DNA from: Gemmatimonadota bacterium
GTDB lineage: Bacteria; Gemmatimonadota; Gemmatimonadetes; Gemmatimonadales; GWC2-71-9
Reading direction: 5' to 3'
DNA: 64,000 nt
Assembly (NCBI GenBank): GCA_041497135.1
Contig: JBGQFX010000005.1
Location: 27,683-91,682, forward strand
Under the pieces are notes generated by a model. That model saw nothing but the letters and a program-made list of their open reading frames with translations. It searched no databases and had not been told where the DNA came from. Positions 38,946 to 48,358 of this stretch are shown here, one piece after another. Position 1 is the stretch's first letter. Each line of letters opens with the position of its first letter. The translations under genes and the position numbers were made by a program.

Positions 38946-41204
38946 TCACAACCGCATCTTCTTCACCAGCGCCTCGAATCGCGCATGCCCCCGCACGGGA
39001 TCGAGAATCGGATTCACCTTGAGGTAGGCGAGCCACCCGCGGCGCTCCTCGTATGCCCGCTCGGTCCAGTCGAGTACACGATCCGCCTCCCCCAGTCCCA
39101 GGTAAAGTGTGGCGAACGCGACCGGCGACACGTAGTCGCGCTGCGCTTCCGCCTCGAGCGCGCGCAACACCGCGCGCGCCTCGGCTTCCTTTCCTGCGCG
39201 ACCGAGCACGTAGCCGAGCGCCGCCTGGGTGTACGTGCCGGCCCCGGGCAGTTCCGTCGCCTCGCGCGCAATGCGGAGCGCCTCGGGGAGGTCGCCCTGC
39301 TGCGCCAGCGTCAGCGCCAGGACCCGATAGCTCTCGTCCGCCGTGGGGTTCATGGCGATGGCGCGTAGCTGGTGATAGCGCGCCTGATCGTGGCGACGCG
39401 CGTAGTAGTACGCCCAGCCGAGGCTGCGGCGCACCGAGACCGACGTCGGATCGAGCTGTTGCGCCACATGCGCTTCGGCGACCGCTTCGTCCAGTCGTCC
39501 TTGCGTCGCCAGCAGAAACGCGTGCCATTGCCGCGCCGTGGCGTAGCGCGGGTCCAGCTCGATCGCCCGCCGGAACTCCCGGTCGGCGCCCGTCCAGTCC
39601 CAGTCATAGATGAACAGGCTCCAGGCGAGCGACGCGTGGGCCTCGGCGAGCGTTTCGTCCAGCAGCAGCGCGCGGCGCGCATAGTCCTTGGCTCGGGCAA
39701 GTCCCTCGGCGACCGGAACGCTGCGGTAGTCCAATTGCAGCGCGTAGGAGTCCGCGAGCCCCGTGTACGCCAGCGCGTAGCTGGGGTCCATGGCGATCGC
39801 CTGCTCGAAGTACTCGATCCCCTCGGCGACGCCCTCGCGCGTGCGCTTGTTCCACGCGAAGCGGCCCTTGAGGTACAACCCGTACGCTTTGACGTTCTCG
39901 GTGGCCCGTTTCGGGGCAGGGGCGATCAGATCGGCGAACGACGTAGCCCGCAGGGTGTCGACGATCGTCCGCCCGATCTCGTCCTGGATCGCGAACACGT
40001 CGTCCTGGCGCCGGTCGTAGCGCTGCGACCACAGCAGCCGGCCGTCCTCGGTGGAGCTGAGCTGCGCGGTGATCCGCAGCCGGTCGCCGGCCTTGCGGAC
40101 GGCGCCCTCGAGTAAGACGGATGCGCCGAGCAGAGCCCCGATAGCCCGCGCGTCCTGGGGCTTGCCTTTCAGGGCGAACACCGACGTGCGGGAGGCGACC
40201 CGCAACCCCTCGACCTTCGCGAGCGCGTCGATCAGCTCGTCGGTGATCCCATCGCTCAGGTATTCGTTCTCCGGATCCGGGCTGGCGTTGACGAACGGCA
40301 GCACCGCGATGGTACGGGTGGCCTCGGGGAGCGGGTGATCTTCGCCCGCATCGGGCGCGTCGAGTGCGGCGATGAAGTCGACGACGCTGGCGAACCGTTC
40401 GTCGGGATCCTTGGCCAGCGCCCGGTGCACCGCCCGGTCGACGCTCGGCGGGGCCTCGGGTCGGAGCGCCCGCAACGGTCGCGGCGCCTGGGTGACGTGT
40501 TTGGCCATGGTGGCGCGCGGCGTGGGCTCGTTGAACGGCGGCTCCCCGGTGAGCATCTCGTACAGCACGCACGCGAGGCTGTACACGTCACTTTGACTGC
40601 CGAGGTTCTGGTCTCCGCTCGCCTGTTCCGGACTCATGTACTCCGGGGTGCCGAGGGCTAGGCCGACCTCCGTCACAGCCGGTCCACCGCCGGGGGAGCA
40701 ACACGCCCGGGCGATGCCGAAGTCAGCGAGCACCGCATGCCCGTCGGCGAACAGGATGTTCTCGGGCTTCACGTCCCGGTGCACGAACCCGTTGCGATGC
40801 GCGTAGTCCAGGCCGGCCCCGACCTCTTGCGCGATGCGCAGCGCGTCTTTCACCGGCAGCGGCCGCTCCTGGTCGAGTCGGTCGCGCAGCGACCCGCCGG
40901 GGACGTACGCGGACACGTAGTACAGCAACCCGGCCGCTTCCCCGGAATCGATCAACGGCACGATATGAGGGTGGGAGAGCTGCGCCGCGATCCCGATTTC
41001 CCGCAGGAATCGCTCGGCGCCGAAGGCGGCGGTGAGGTCGGGGCGCAACACTTTGATGGCCACCTTGCGGCCGTGCTTCTGGTCCAGCGCGAGGTAGACC
41101 GTCGCCATCCCGCCACGACCCAGCACGCGCTCGATCTCGTAGCGCCCGGCGAGGGCCGCCGTCAGGGGCGTGACTGGCTCGGACATGAAGGAAGGAATAT
41201 GCAT
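38946..41204 (-). CDS. Ser/Thr protein kinase fused to an LPFxN (TolB-N/FlgO-like) module and TPR repeats
   Basis: GRGGMATVYLALD..VAIKVL, HRDVKPENIL, DFGIA, GTPEYMSPEQ. Then IAVLPFVNASPDPENEYLSDGITDELIDAL, then TPR helices. Confidence 0.9.
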   Translation of the reverse strand: MHIPSFMSEPVTPLTAALAGRYEIERVLGRGGMATVYLALDQKHGRKVAIKVLRPDLTAAFGAERFLREIGIAAQLSHPHIVPLIDSGEAAGLLYYVSAYVPGGSLRDRLDQERPLPVKDALRIAQEVGAGLDYAHRNGFVHRDVKPENILFADGHAVLADFGIARACCSPGGGPAVTEVGLALGTPEYMSPEQASGDQNLGSQSDVYSLACVLYEMLTGEPPFNEPTPRATMAKHVTQAPRPLRALRPEAPPSVDRAVHRALAKDPDERFASVVDFIAALDAPDAGEDHPLPEATRTIAVLPFVNASPDPENEYLSDGITDELIDALAKVEGLRVASRTSVFALKGKPQDARAIGALLGASVLLEGAVRKAGDRLRITAQLSSTEDGRLLWSQRYDRRQDDVFAIQDEIGRTIVDTLRATSFADLIAPAPKRATENVKAYGLYLKGRFAWNKRTREGVAEGIEYFEQAIAMDPSYALAYTGLADSYALQLDYRSVPVAEGLARAKDYARRALLLDETLAEAHASLAWSLFIYDWDWTGADREFRRAIELDPRYATARQWHAFLLATQGRLDEAVAEAHVAQQLDPTSVSVRRSLGWAYYYARRHDQARYHQLRAIAMNPTADESYRVLALTLAQQGDLPEALRIAREATELPGAGTYTQAALGYVLGRAGKEAEARAVLRALEAEAQRDYVSPVAFATLYLGLGEADRVLDWTERAYEERRGWLAYLKVNPILDPVRGHARFEALVKKMRL

Positions 41205-41255
41205 CTTGAGTAACCGGGGCGTGCCGGGGCCTGGTTCCCAGAGCTAGCTTTGGGC

Positions 41256-42362
41256 ATGACTGGAAGGGCCATCGCGGTGATCGTCGCGCTCGTTGCGGCT
41301 TGCAGCGACAGTCAGAGCTCGAATCCGGTCGCCCGCCTCAGTCTCTCACCGCCGTGGGCCTCGATCGATGTGGGCCAGGGCGCGACGCGGGATACGGTGC
41401 GCGCGACGTTCATCAACGCCGCCGGCGATACCGTCCGTTCGGATTCGGTGCAATGGTCCAGCTCCAATTCTGGAGTTGCCTCGATCACCGCGGCCGGACT
41501 GATCCGACCGCAGGCGGTCGGGCAGGCGACCATCCGGGGCACCGTCGGCGCCGAGGTGGCGAGTCGATCGATCACCGTCACCGACCCCGTCCTGATCGGG
41601 GCGGGCGATATCGGCAGCTGCGTCTCGCCGCACGACGAAGCGACCGCGGTGCTCATCGACAGCCTCGCCGGGACCGTGGTCACGCTGGGGGACAACGACT
41701 ATTCCGACGCAACGCCGACCCCAGCCTACGGCGTCTGCTACGACTCGACCTGGGGCCGACACAAACCGCGCACGCATCCAGCCCCCGGCGATGACGACCG
41801 GCGCGGCGGGAGCCTCGCCGACTACTTCGCACACTTTGGCGCCGCGGCCCACGGCCCGACCGGCTATTACAGCTTCGATCTCGGCGATTGGCACATCGTG
41901 GTCCTCAATACCACCCCGTTCGCCGACTCCACCCAGGCGCGCTGGTTGCGAGACGACCTGGCGGCTCACCCGAAGCTGTGCACCCTCGCGATCTCGCATC
42001 GCCCACGATTCAGCTCCGGCAACACGCATAGCGCGGCCACCCAGGGACCGGTCTTTCAGCCGTTGTATGACGCCCATGCCGAAATCCTGTTGTCCGGGAA
42101 CGACCACGACTACGAGCGGTTTGGGCCGCAGGCCCCGGACCAGACGCCCGACGCCGACAGCGGCGTGGTGCAGTTCGTAGTCGGGACGGGCGGAAAGAGC
42201 CACGGCAAGATCAACCTGCCGCTCGAGCCGAGCAGCGTGGCGCAGAACGACGACAGCTACGGGGTGCTCACCCTGACCCTCCACGCCAGCGGGTACGACT
42301 GGCGATTCGTTCACGTGGCGGGGAGGACGTTCACCGACTCGGGAACCGCCGCCTGCCACTAG
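41256..42362 (+). CDS. lipoprotein with Big_2-like domain and calcineurin-like metallophosphoesterase domain
   Basis: Lipobox LVAAC. VQWSSSNSGVASITAAGLIRPQAVGQATI (Big_2). GAGDIGSC...TLGDNDY...LAISHRP...SGNDHDYERF. A TTG at 41250 is also possible. Confidence 0.75.
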   Translation: MTGRAIAVIVALVAACSDSQSSNPVARLSLSPPWASIDVGQGATRDTVRATFINAAGDTVRSDSVQWSSSNSGVASITAAGLIRPQAVGQATIRGTVGAEVASRSITVTDPVLIGAGDIGSCVSPHDEATAVLIDSLAGTVVTLGDNDYSDATPTPAYGVCYDSTWGRHKPRTHPAPGDDDRRGGSLADYFAHFGAAAHGPTGYYSFDLGDWHIVVLNTTPFADSTQARWLRDDLAAHPKLCTLAISHRPRFSSGNTHSAATQGPVFQPLYDAHAEILLSGNDHDYERFGPQAPDQTPDADSGVVQFVVGTGGKSHGKINLPLEPSSVAQNDDSYGVLTLTLHASGYDWRFVHVAGRTFTDSGTAACH

Positions 42363-42363
42363 T

Positions 42364-44835
42364 CTATCGCGCCTCGACTCTCCGCAGGAACTCCCGAATC
42401 ACCTGGACGTAGCGGTCCGGCTCGTCCTGCATCGGCAGGTGCCCGCTGTCGTCAAAGATCTCCAGCTCGGATCCTGGTAAGCGACTCTGGTAGAAGCGCG
42501 CGGTCGCCGGCGTCGCATTGTCGTAACGACCGACGACAAAGAGCGTCGGCGTCGTAATCTCCGTGAGCCGATCGGTGCGGTCGTACGCCCGGAGATAGTC
42601 CCTCATCGCGCGGGAGGCCGACCGGTCCTGGTGACCGACCGCGCTATCGAGGTCCGCGGACCAGGGCTGCCGGCGGGCGTAAAACCGTTTGAGATACTCG
42701 AGCCTCGCCGCCTGGTACTCCGGAGAGTCGGTCGTACCCGCGTTCTCGTGGCGGCGAATGGCGGAGGCGATCGAGTCCGGCAGCAAGCTGACGAGACTGT
42801 CGTTGTCGTGCCGGAAGCGTGCCGTGTTGAGGACGGGGCCGGCGAGGATGAGGCTCCGGACCCCCGCTGGTCGGGTGAGCATGTACTCGACCGCCAGGAT
42901 GGTGCCCCAGGAATGGCCGTAGAGATGGACCTCCTCGAGTCCCAGGGCCTGGCGCACGCGGTCCAACTCCTCCAGGAAGCGCTCCATGTGCCAGAGCGTC
43001 GTGTCGGTCGGGTGGTCGGAACGGCCCGCTCCGAGCTGCTCGTAAAAGACAACCGGACGTTCATCGGCGAGGGCCGCGAGCGGTTTGAGGTAGGTACTCG
43101 GCACCCCGCCACCGTGGAGCACGAGGATTGGCGTTCGGGTGCCGCTCCCCACGATGCGGTACCACACACGTCCCCCCGGCACCTGCACGTATCCTTCCCC
43201 CGGCGACAGCCCCCGCTGGCGGTCGAGGGCGGGCTCGATCGCGCGGACTTCCACTGCGATATGCCGAAACCGGGGGTCCTGCCGCACGGGATCCCAAAGC
43301 GGATTCTGAATCGAGAGCCGGAGCTGGCTCGGTGGTACCCGCTCCAACACGGCGAGGCCCCGATCGAACGCCCCGACCGCGACCAACGCGGCGGCGAGGT
43401 TCACGAGCATGGTGCCGACCTCGATGGATTCCGGCGGATAGCGCCCCAGCAGGGTGTCGAGGCCGGACCGGGCGGCGGTCGAATCGCCGCTCTGCGCCTC
43501 CACCAGGACTCGCATCGAACGGGAGAACACGTCGGCGATGGAATCGTCCGGTGGCCGCTCGCCCAGCAATCTCCCGACGACCTCCAGCTCGGTCCGAGCA
43601 CCGGCACCGTCGCCCAGGGCCAGCTTCGCCTGCAGGCGCAACGAATGTACCGACAGGTCGTGTCGTCCCAGTGCGATCGCGCTATCCAGCATGCGCAGCG
43701 ACTCCGCAAAGCGGTGATGGATCAGATACGCCCAGCCAAGGATCCAGGCCGTGACGGCGCGATCGGGATCGAGGGTCAGGGATCGCTCAAACGCCGAGTC
43801 GCCCGTGCCAACGCGATCATCGAGGAAGAACGTGCGGCCGTACTGGTACCAGATCTCCGCGTTTCTGGGATCGAGCTCGAGGGCGTGCGCAAGCGCATTC
43901 CGAGCCTGCCGCACGCACTCGGACGCCGGCAACGAGCACGTCAATTCGGCGGCGTTCAATGCCGGGTTCAGCGCAAACCCACGCCACCCATCGGGGGTCG
44001 TCGGTGCGGGAACGAACAGAAAGCCGCGCGCGAGCCAGCCGTCGGCGCTCGCCGAGTCGAGCGCGATGGCGCGGTTCGCGGCGGCGAGTCCCAGCGCGAT
44101 GAGACTGTCATGCGTGAGTCCGGCGTAGGGCCAGGGCCAGCTTGCGTAGATGCCGTACACGAGCCCCAGGCGGCCGAGCGCCGAGGGGAAGGCGGGGTCG
44201 AGGCGGAGCGCGGCCTGGTATTCCTCGAGGGCACGGCGGCCGTCGGCCTGCGACGTGCGGCGGGAGAGATAGAAATTGCCGCGCAGGTAGTGGTCGTAGG
44301 CCTGGGGGTCGCGCGTCGGGCGCGCGGTGAGGGCGATCCGTTCGCTGGAAGCCAGACGCCCAATCACCTCGTGCGCCACCGCCTGGGCGATGTCGTCTTC
44401 GATTGCCAGCGCGTCCCCGTCTGGTCGGTCGAACGTCTGGCCCCACATGTGTCGCCCCGACGTGGCGGCCACGAGCTCCACCCGTACCCGCGTGCGTGGG
44501 CCCGCACGCTCCACGCTGCCGGTCACCAGGTGCATCACGCCCAACGCCCGGCCAAGGGCCGCGGGGTCCTGGTCGGTGTGCCCGCGGAACCGACGCACGG
44601 CGTAGCGAGACTTGACCGCGAGACGCGCCACCTGCCCCAGACGTGAAATGATCTCTTCGGTGATTCCGTCGGCGAGGTACAGGTCATTCGAATCGCGCGA
44701 CAGGTTGTCGAGGTACAGCACGGCCACGCTGCGGGGCGGGGGCGCCGGGCGAACAGTGCGACAGGGGGGTGGTGAGCCGTCCGGGCATTGGGCATGCACG
44801 GCGATCGCGGTGAGCATGGACAGGACCGGAGCCAC
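42364..44835 (-). CDS. secreted CPDGSPPPC / LPFxN-like / TPR protein fused to a C-terminal alpha/beta-hydrolase (proline iminopeptidase-like) domain
   Basis: MAPVLSMLTAIAVHAQCPDGSPPPC (GTG 44835, 1 nt after the upstream TAA). VAVLYLDNLSRDSNDLYLADGITEEIISRL, then TPR. C-terminal ILVLHGGGVPSTY...LYGHSWGTILA (GxSxG)... Confidence 0.8.
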   Translation of the reverse strand: MAPVLSMLTAIAVHAQCPDGSPPPCRTVRPAPPPRSVAVLYLDNLSRDSNDLYLADGITEEIISRLGQVARLAVKSRYAVRRFRGHTDQDPAALGRALGVMHLVTGSVERAGPRTRVRVELVAATSGRHMWGQTFDRPDGDALAIEDDIAQAVAHEVIGRLASSERIALTARPTRDPQAYDHYLRGNFYLSRRTSQADGRRALEEYQAALRLDPAFPSALGRLGLVYGIYASWPWPYAGLTHDSLIALGLAAANRAIALDSASADGWLARGFLFVPAPTTPDGWRGFALNPALNAAELTCSLPASECVRQARNALAHALELDPRNAEIWYQYGRTFFLDDRVGTGDSAFERSLTLDPDRAVTAWILGWAYLIHHRFAESLRMLDSAIALGRHDLSVHSLRLQAKLALGDGAGARTELEVVGRLLGERPPDDSIADVFSRSMRVLVEAQSGDSTAARSGLDTLLGRYPPESIEVGTMLVNLAAALVAVGAFDRGLAVLERVPPSQLRLSIQNPLWDPVRQDPRFRHIAVEVRAIEPALDRQRGLSPGEGYVQVPGGRVWYRIVGSGTRTPILVLHGGGVPSTYLKPLAALADERPVVFYEQLGAGRSDHPTDTTLWHMERFLEELDRVRQALGLEEVHLYGHSWGTILAVEYMLTRPAGVRSLILAGPVLNTARFRHDNDSLVSLLPDSIASAIRRHENAGTTDSPEYQAARLEYLKRFYARRQPWSADLDSAVGHQDRSASRAMRDYLRAYDRTDRLTEITTPTLFVVGRYDNATPATARFYQSRLPGSELEIFDDSGHLPMQDEPDRYVQVIREFLRRVEAR

Positions 44836-44836
44836 G

Positions 44837-46552
44837 TTAAAAGCCCCCGCCGCCGCCACCGCCGCCGCCCCCACCCGACGATCCGCCGCCGAATCCGGAT
44901 CCGCCGGGGCTGCGGGGCGATGACGACAGCGTCGAGCTTGCCTTGCTCGACATCGCGGCCAGGCTGGTCGAGAGATTGCTCACACTGAAGCCCGGCCCGC
45001 CCGATCCGACGTACCACCTGGGCGGCTCCGTGTAGATGCCCTCGAAGGCCTTGGCCCATTTCTTTTCCACGCCGAACGCCATCGCGAACGGCAAGTAGCG
45101 GTCGAACAGCTCCGGCTTGTCCAGGATGACGCGCTTGAAGTGCTCGGCCTCCACGCGCCGCAGGAACTCCTCGAAACCGAGCACCTGCTCCAGCATGCGC
45201 GCGCCGACGGTGGTGCGGGCGGGCATGATGCGGCCGAATCCGACGAGGATCAGCGCTACGAGCACGCCCGCCACGACGAACGGCACCGGCGTCAACAGGA
45301 ATCGACTCGCGACGCCGCCACCCACGGCGGCGATCAGCACGCCGAGCAAAGCGCCTGCGACCATCCAGCCGGTGCGCACACCGTCCGGGCGGGCATGGTA
45401 GGCGCCGCGCTCGATCAGCTGATCGAAGAGGCTGGTCCGGACGTCCGGCAGCTTGGTGTAGAAGTCGTTCTCGAGCTCGGACAACTCCACCGACGCGCCA
45501 CGACCGGAGAAGACCCCGTCGAAGATGAGCCGCTCGTGGGGTGCGAGCGCGACGGCTTGCGGCGGCGGATCGAGCCGGTGCAACACGTACTCGCGCGTGC
45601 TGATCAAGCCGAACAGCTTGCGGTCCTCCCGCTCCTCGATACGGAGGTACCCTCGCACCGCCAGGTCCACCAGCGTCGCGGTGACGTCGCGCATGTCCGC
45701 GGAGTTGTCGAGCAATGTGCCCGCTTCGCTCGGGGTGAGCCCCTGGGGCGGCTCGTATTGCACGGTGACGGGCAGCCGCCGCGGGTCCTTGCCCCGGCGG
45801 CGCCAGATGGCGAACGCCAGCAGGAAGACGGGGATCGGGATCGCGAGCGGCCAGTTGCTGCTGAATACGCCCGCGGCGCGGACGGCGGTGCTTGGCTCGG
45901 TCACCACGCCCTTGTTCCACCCGACCACGGCCGTGAGCCCCTCGTGATAGCCGAGCGCGTGGGGCATCGTAACCCGGACTGTCGTGCCGCTGGTTTGGAG
46001 CTCGGCCTCCTGCGCGGTGGATCCGTACACCCCGTTGAAGGCCACGGCCCGGACGCCATCCGCGCCTGGGGGCAGCTCGATCCGCGCGGTGGCTGCCTCG
46101 ATCGGCATATCCCACTCATCGCCGGTCACGTTCCAGTAGAGCTCGTCGTGATCGTCGAAGAACCGCAACGCGTTGGTGGCGCGGTAGCGCAGCACCACCG
46201 TACGCGTGACGTCCAGGGCGCCCGGGACCCAGATCTTGTACTTGATGTAGTGCCGCTCGCGGCTCGCCTCGACGCGCAACCGTCGGCCCTCCGCGTCGGT
46301 GGCGCCCTCGAGGTCCAGCCCCAGGGTCCAGTTCAAGGCCTGGGCTGTACGGCATTTCACCGGGATGGTGCGGTAGATACCGTTCCACGAGCCGGTGAAC
46401 CGCGCGACGATCGTCTCCGTCACCCTGATGGCGGCGCCCGGCTCGACCTGGATCACGGCGTCGAACCGCTCGATGGCGAGCGAGCGCTGCGCGAGCGCGG
46501 GGGCCCCCCATGCTGCGGTGAGCAGCAGTAGCAGCGAAAGGCGGAGCTTCAC
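44837..46552 (-). CDS. DUF2207-like membrane protein with poly-Gly C-terminal tail
   Basis: Signal [60 protein letters not shown], several TM helices, and tail [20 protein letters not shown] overlap with the LemA gene. Confidence 0.75.
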   Translation of the reverse strand: MKLRLSLLLLLTAAWGAPALAQRSLAIERFDAVIQVEPGAAIRVTETIVARFTGSWNGIYRTIPVKCRTAQALNWTLGLDLEGATDAEGRRLRVEASRERHYIKYKIWVPGALDVTRTVVLRYRATNALRFFDDHDELYWNVTGDEWDMPIEAATARIELPPGADGVRAVAFNGVYGSTAQEAELQTSGTTVRVTMPHALGYHEGLTAVVGWNKGVVTEPSTAVRAAGVFSSNWPLAIPIPVFLLAFAIWRRRGKDPRRLPVTVQYEPPQGLTPSEAGTLLDNSADMRDVTATLVDLAVRGYLRIEEREDRKLFGLISTREYVLHRLDPPPQAVALAPHERLIFDGVFSGRGASVELSELENDFYTKLPDVRTSLFDQLIERGAYHARPDGVRTGWMVAGALLGVLIAAVGGGVASRFLLTPVPFVVAGVLVALILVGFGRIMPARTTVGARMLEQVLGFEEFLRRVEAEHFKRVILDKPELFDRYLPFAMAFGVEKKWAKAFEGIYTEPPRWYVGSGGPGFSVSNLSTSLAAMSSKASSTLSSSPRSPGGSGFGGGSSGGGGGGGGGGGF

Positions 46553-47100
46553 ACGCCGGTCTCCACGCGGGGCACGGCCCGCTCGTCGGCGTCGTCGAGA
46601 CCGAAGAACTCGCGCGGGTGGAATCCCAGGAGGCGAGCCACGAGCATGGCCGGAACCTGAGCGATCGCGGTATTCAGGTCTCGCACGACGGCGTTGTAGT
46701 ACCGGCGTGCGTTCTGGAGGTGGTCCTCGACGTCGATCAGCGTGCGTTGCAGCGCGGCGAAGCTCGCGGCGGCCTGGAGATCGGGGTAGGCCTCTGCGAT
46801 GGCGAAAATACGCCGCAGCCCGTTGCCGATCGGATCCTCCTCCCGGGAGCGGGCGGCTGGACCACTCGCCTGGAGGGCGCGGCCGCGCGCGGCGGCCAGG
46901 GCCTCGAACGTCTCCCGCTCATAGCCCGCGTGCCCCTTTACGACGGCGACGATGGCAGGGATGAGGTCGTGACGCCGTTTGAGCTGAACGTCGATGTCAG
47001 CCCATGCGTTGCCGCTCAATTGGCGGAGCCGCGTGAGGCGGTTGAACGTCAGAATCGCCCAGCCGACGGCGGCGACCCCGATGATGACGGTCAGGCCCAT
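46549..47100 (-). CDS. lemA: LemA family protein
   Basis: 183 aa, N-terminal TM then [32 protein letters not shown]...AEAYPDLQA...[15 protein letters not shown]. The upstream part of the 337-aa track ORF is not coding. Confidence 0.85.
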   Translation of the reverse strand: MGLTVIIGVAAVGWAILTFNRLTRLRQLSGNAWADIDVQLKRRHDLIPAIVAVVKGHAGYERETFEALAAARGRALQASGPAARSREEDPIGNGLRRIFAIAEAYPDLQAAASFAALQRTLIDVEDHLQNARRYYNAVVRDLNTAIAQVPAMLVARLLGFHPREFFGLDDADERAVPRVETGV

Positions 47101-47242
47101 GCCAGTGTCTCCGGGACAGAGCGCGGGAGAACGAGAATATATGGCGCGCGGGGCCCGGTTCAGCACGGTGTTGACAGTCGAAGCCTGGGGACGGAGCTTG
47201 CCCTTCCACGCCGGAAGCGGCTCGCGCGTAACAGGAACAGCC

Positions 47243-48358
47243 ATGCGTCGTTCCCTTGTCTGTTGCGTCCTCCTGGTAGCCCCCGTCGCCGCCTGCTCGT
47301 CCCGGGCGGTCAGCGGTCCCCCGCGCGTTCCGGTGAGCGTCGCCCGGGTCGAGCGCCAGGACCTGCCATATGCGATCGACGCCACCGGCACGGTGGAGCC
47401 GATCCGTACGGTCGACGTCACCTCCCAGGTCAGCGGCATGCTGCAGCACGTGCGATTCGCCGAAGGCGACGAGGTCACGCCGGGGCAGCTGCTGTTCGTG
47501 ATCGATCGACGTGCGTACGAGGCCGCGGCGCAACAGGCCGAGGCGGCACTCAGTCGCGACATGGCTCAGGCTGAGAACGCCGCGCGGGAGGCCGAACGCT
47601 ACCGGGCGCTGGCCCGTGACAAGTCGGTCACGGAAGAGGACTATCAGCAGAGGCAGGCGACTGCCGACGCACTGCGGGCAACCGTCCGGGCGGACTCGGC
47701 CGCCCTGACCATCGCCCGTCTGAATCTCGAGTACGCCACCATTCGGGCGCCGATCGGCGGCAGGACCGGCGGCCTGCTGGTCCACGAGGGCAACCTGGTG
47801 CGTGCCAGTGCCGCGGCGCCGCTCGTGACCATCAACCAGCTGCGTCCCATTCTCGTGCGCTTCGCCGTCCCCGCGGCGCAGCTCCCTGCGCTGCAGCGCC
47901 GGGGCGGAGAGGCGCTGCGGGTCCAGGCGAGAGTCGCCCGCGACACCACCCGGACGGCCGAGGGCGTGCTGTCGTTCATCGATAACCACGTGGATTCGGC
48001 CACCGGCACCGTCTTGTTGAAGGCACGATTCCCGAACCACGATGCCGCGCTCTGGCCGGGCGAGTTCGTGGAGGTCACGCTGATTCTCGGAATCCAGACC
48101 GGGGCCACCGTGATCCCCGCCCAGGCGGTCATGACCGCGCAACGCGGGACGTACGTGTTCGTGGTCGGAGCCGATGGCACGGCGCGGCAGCAAGCCGTCA
48201 CGGTGCAGCGGACCGTCGACAGCCTCGCGGTCATCGCCGACGGTTTGGCACCGGGGTCGCTCGTGGTCACGGACGGGCAGCTGCGCCTCACGCCCGACGC
48301 CCGCGTCGAGATCCGCGGCGGCCTTCCGGTCGAAGACAGCACCCGGACGGCACAATGA
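47243..48358 (+). CDS. RND efflux periplasmic adaptor (membrane fusion protein)
   Basis: Lipobox VAAC. ...VDVTSQVSGMLQHVRFAEGDEVTPGQLLFVID...LEYATIRAPIGGRTG... Confidence 0.85.
   Translation: MRRSLVCCVLLVAPVAACSSRAVSGPPRVPVSVARVERQDLPYAIDATGTVEPIRTVDVTSQVSGMLQHVRFAEGDEVTPGQLLFVIDRRAYEAAAQQAEAALSRDMAQAENAAREAERYRALARDKSVTEEDYQQRQATADALRATVRADSAALTIARLNLEYATIRAPIGGRTGGLLVHEGNLVRASAAAPLVTINQLRPILVRFAVPAAQLPALQRRGGEALRVQARVARDTTRTAEGVLSFIDNHVDSATGTVLLKARFPNHDAALWPGEFVEVTLILGIQTGATVIPAQAVMTAQRGTYVFVVGADGTARQQAVTVQRTVDSLAVIADGLAPGSLVVTDGQLRLTPDARVEIRGGLPVEDSTRTAQ

Noticed and set aside
44838-44890. GCC/GCC/ACC-rich run encoding the poly-Gly tail of DUF2207, considered as a slipped-strand phase-variation tract
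   Set aside because: The run is an imperfect mixture of GGC/GGT/GGG codons (minus strand) rather than a homopolymer or perfect short tandem repeat.
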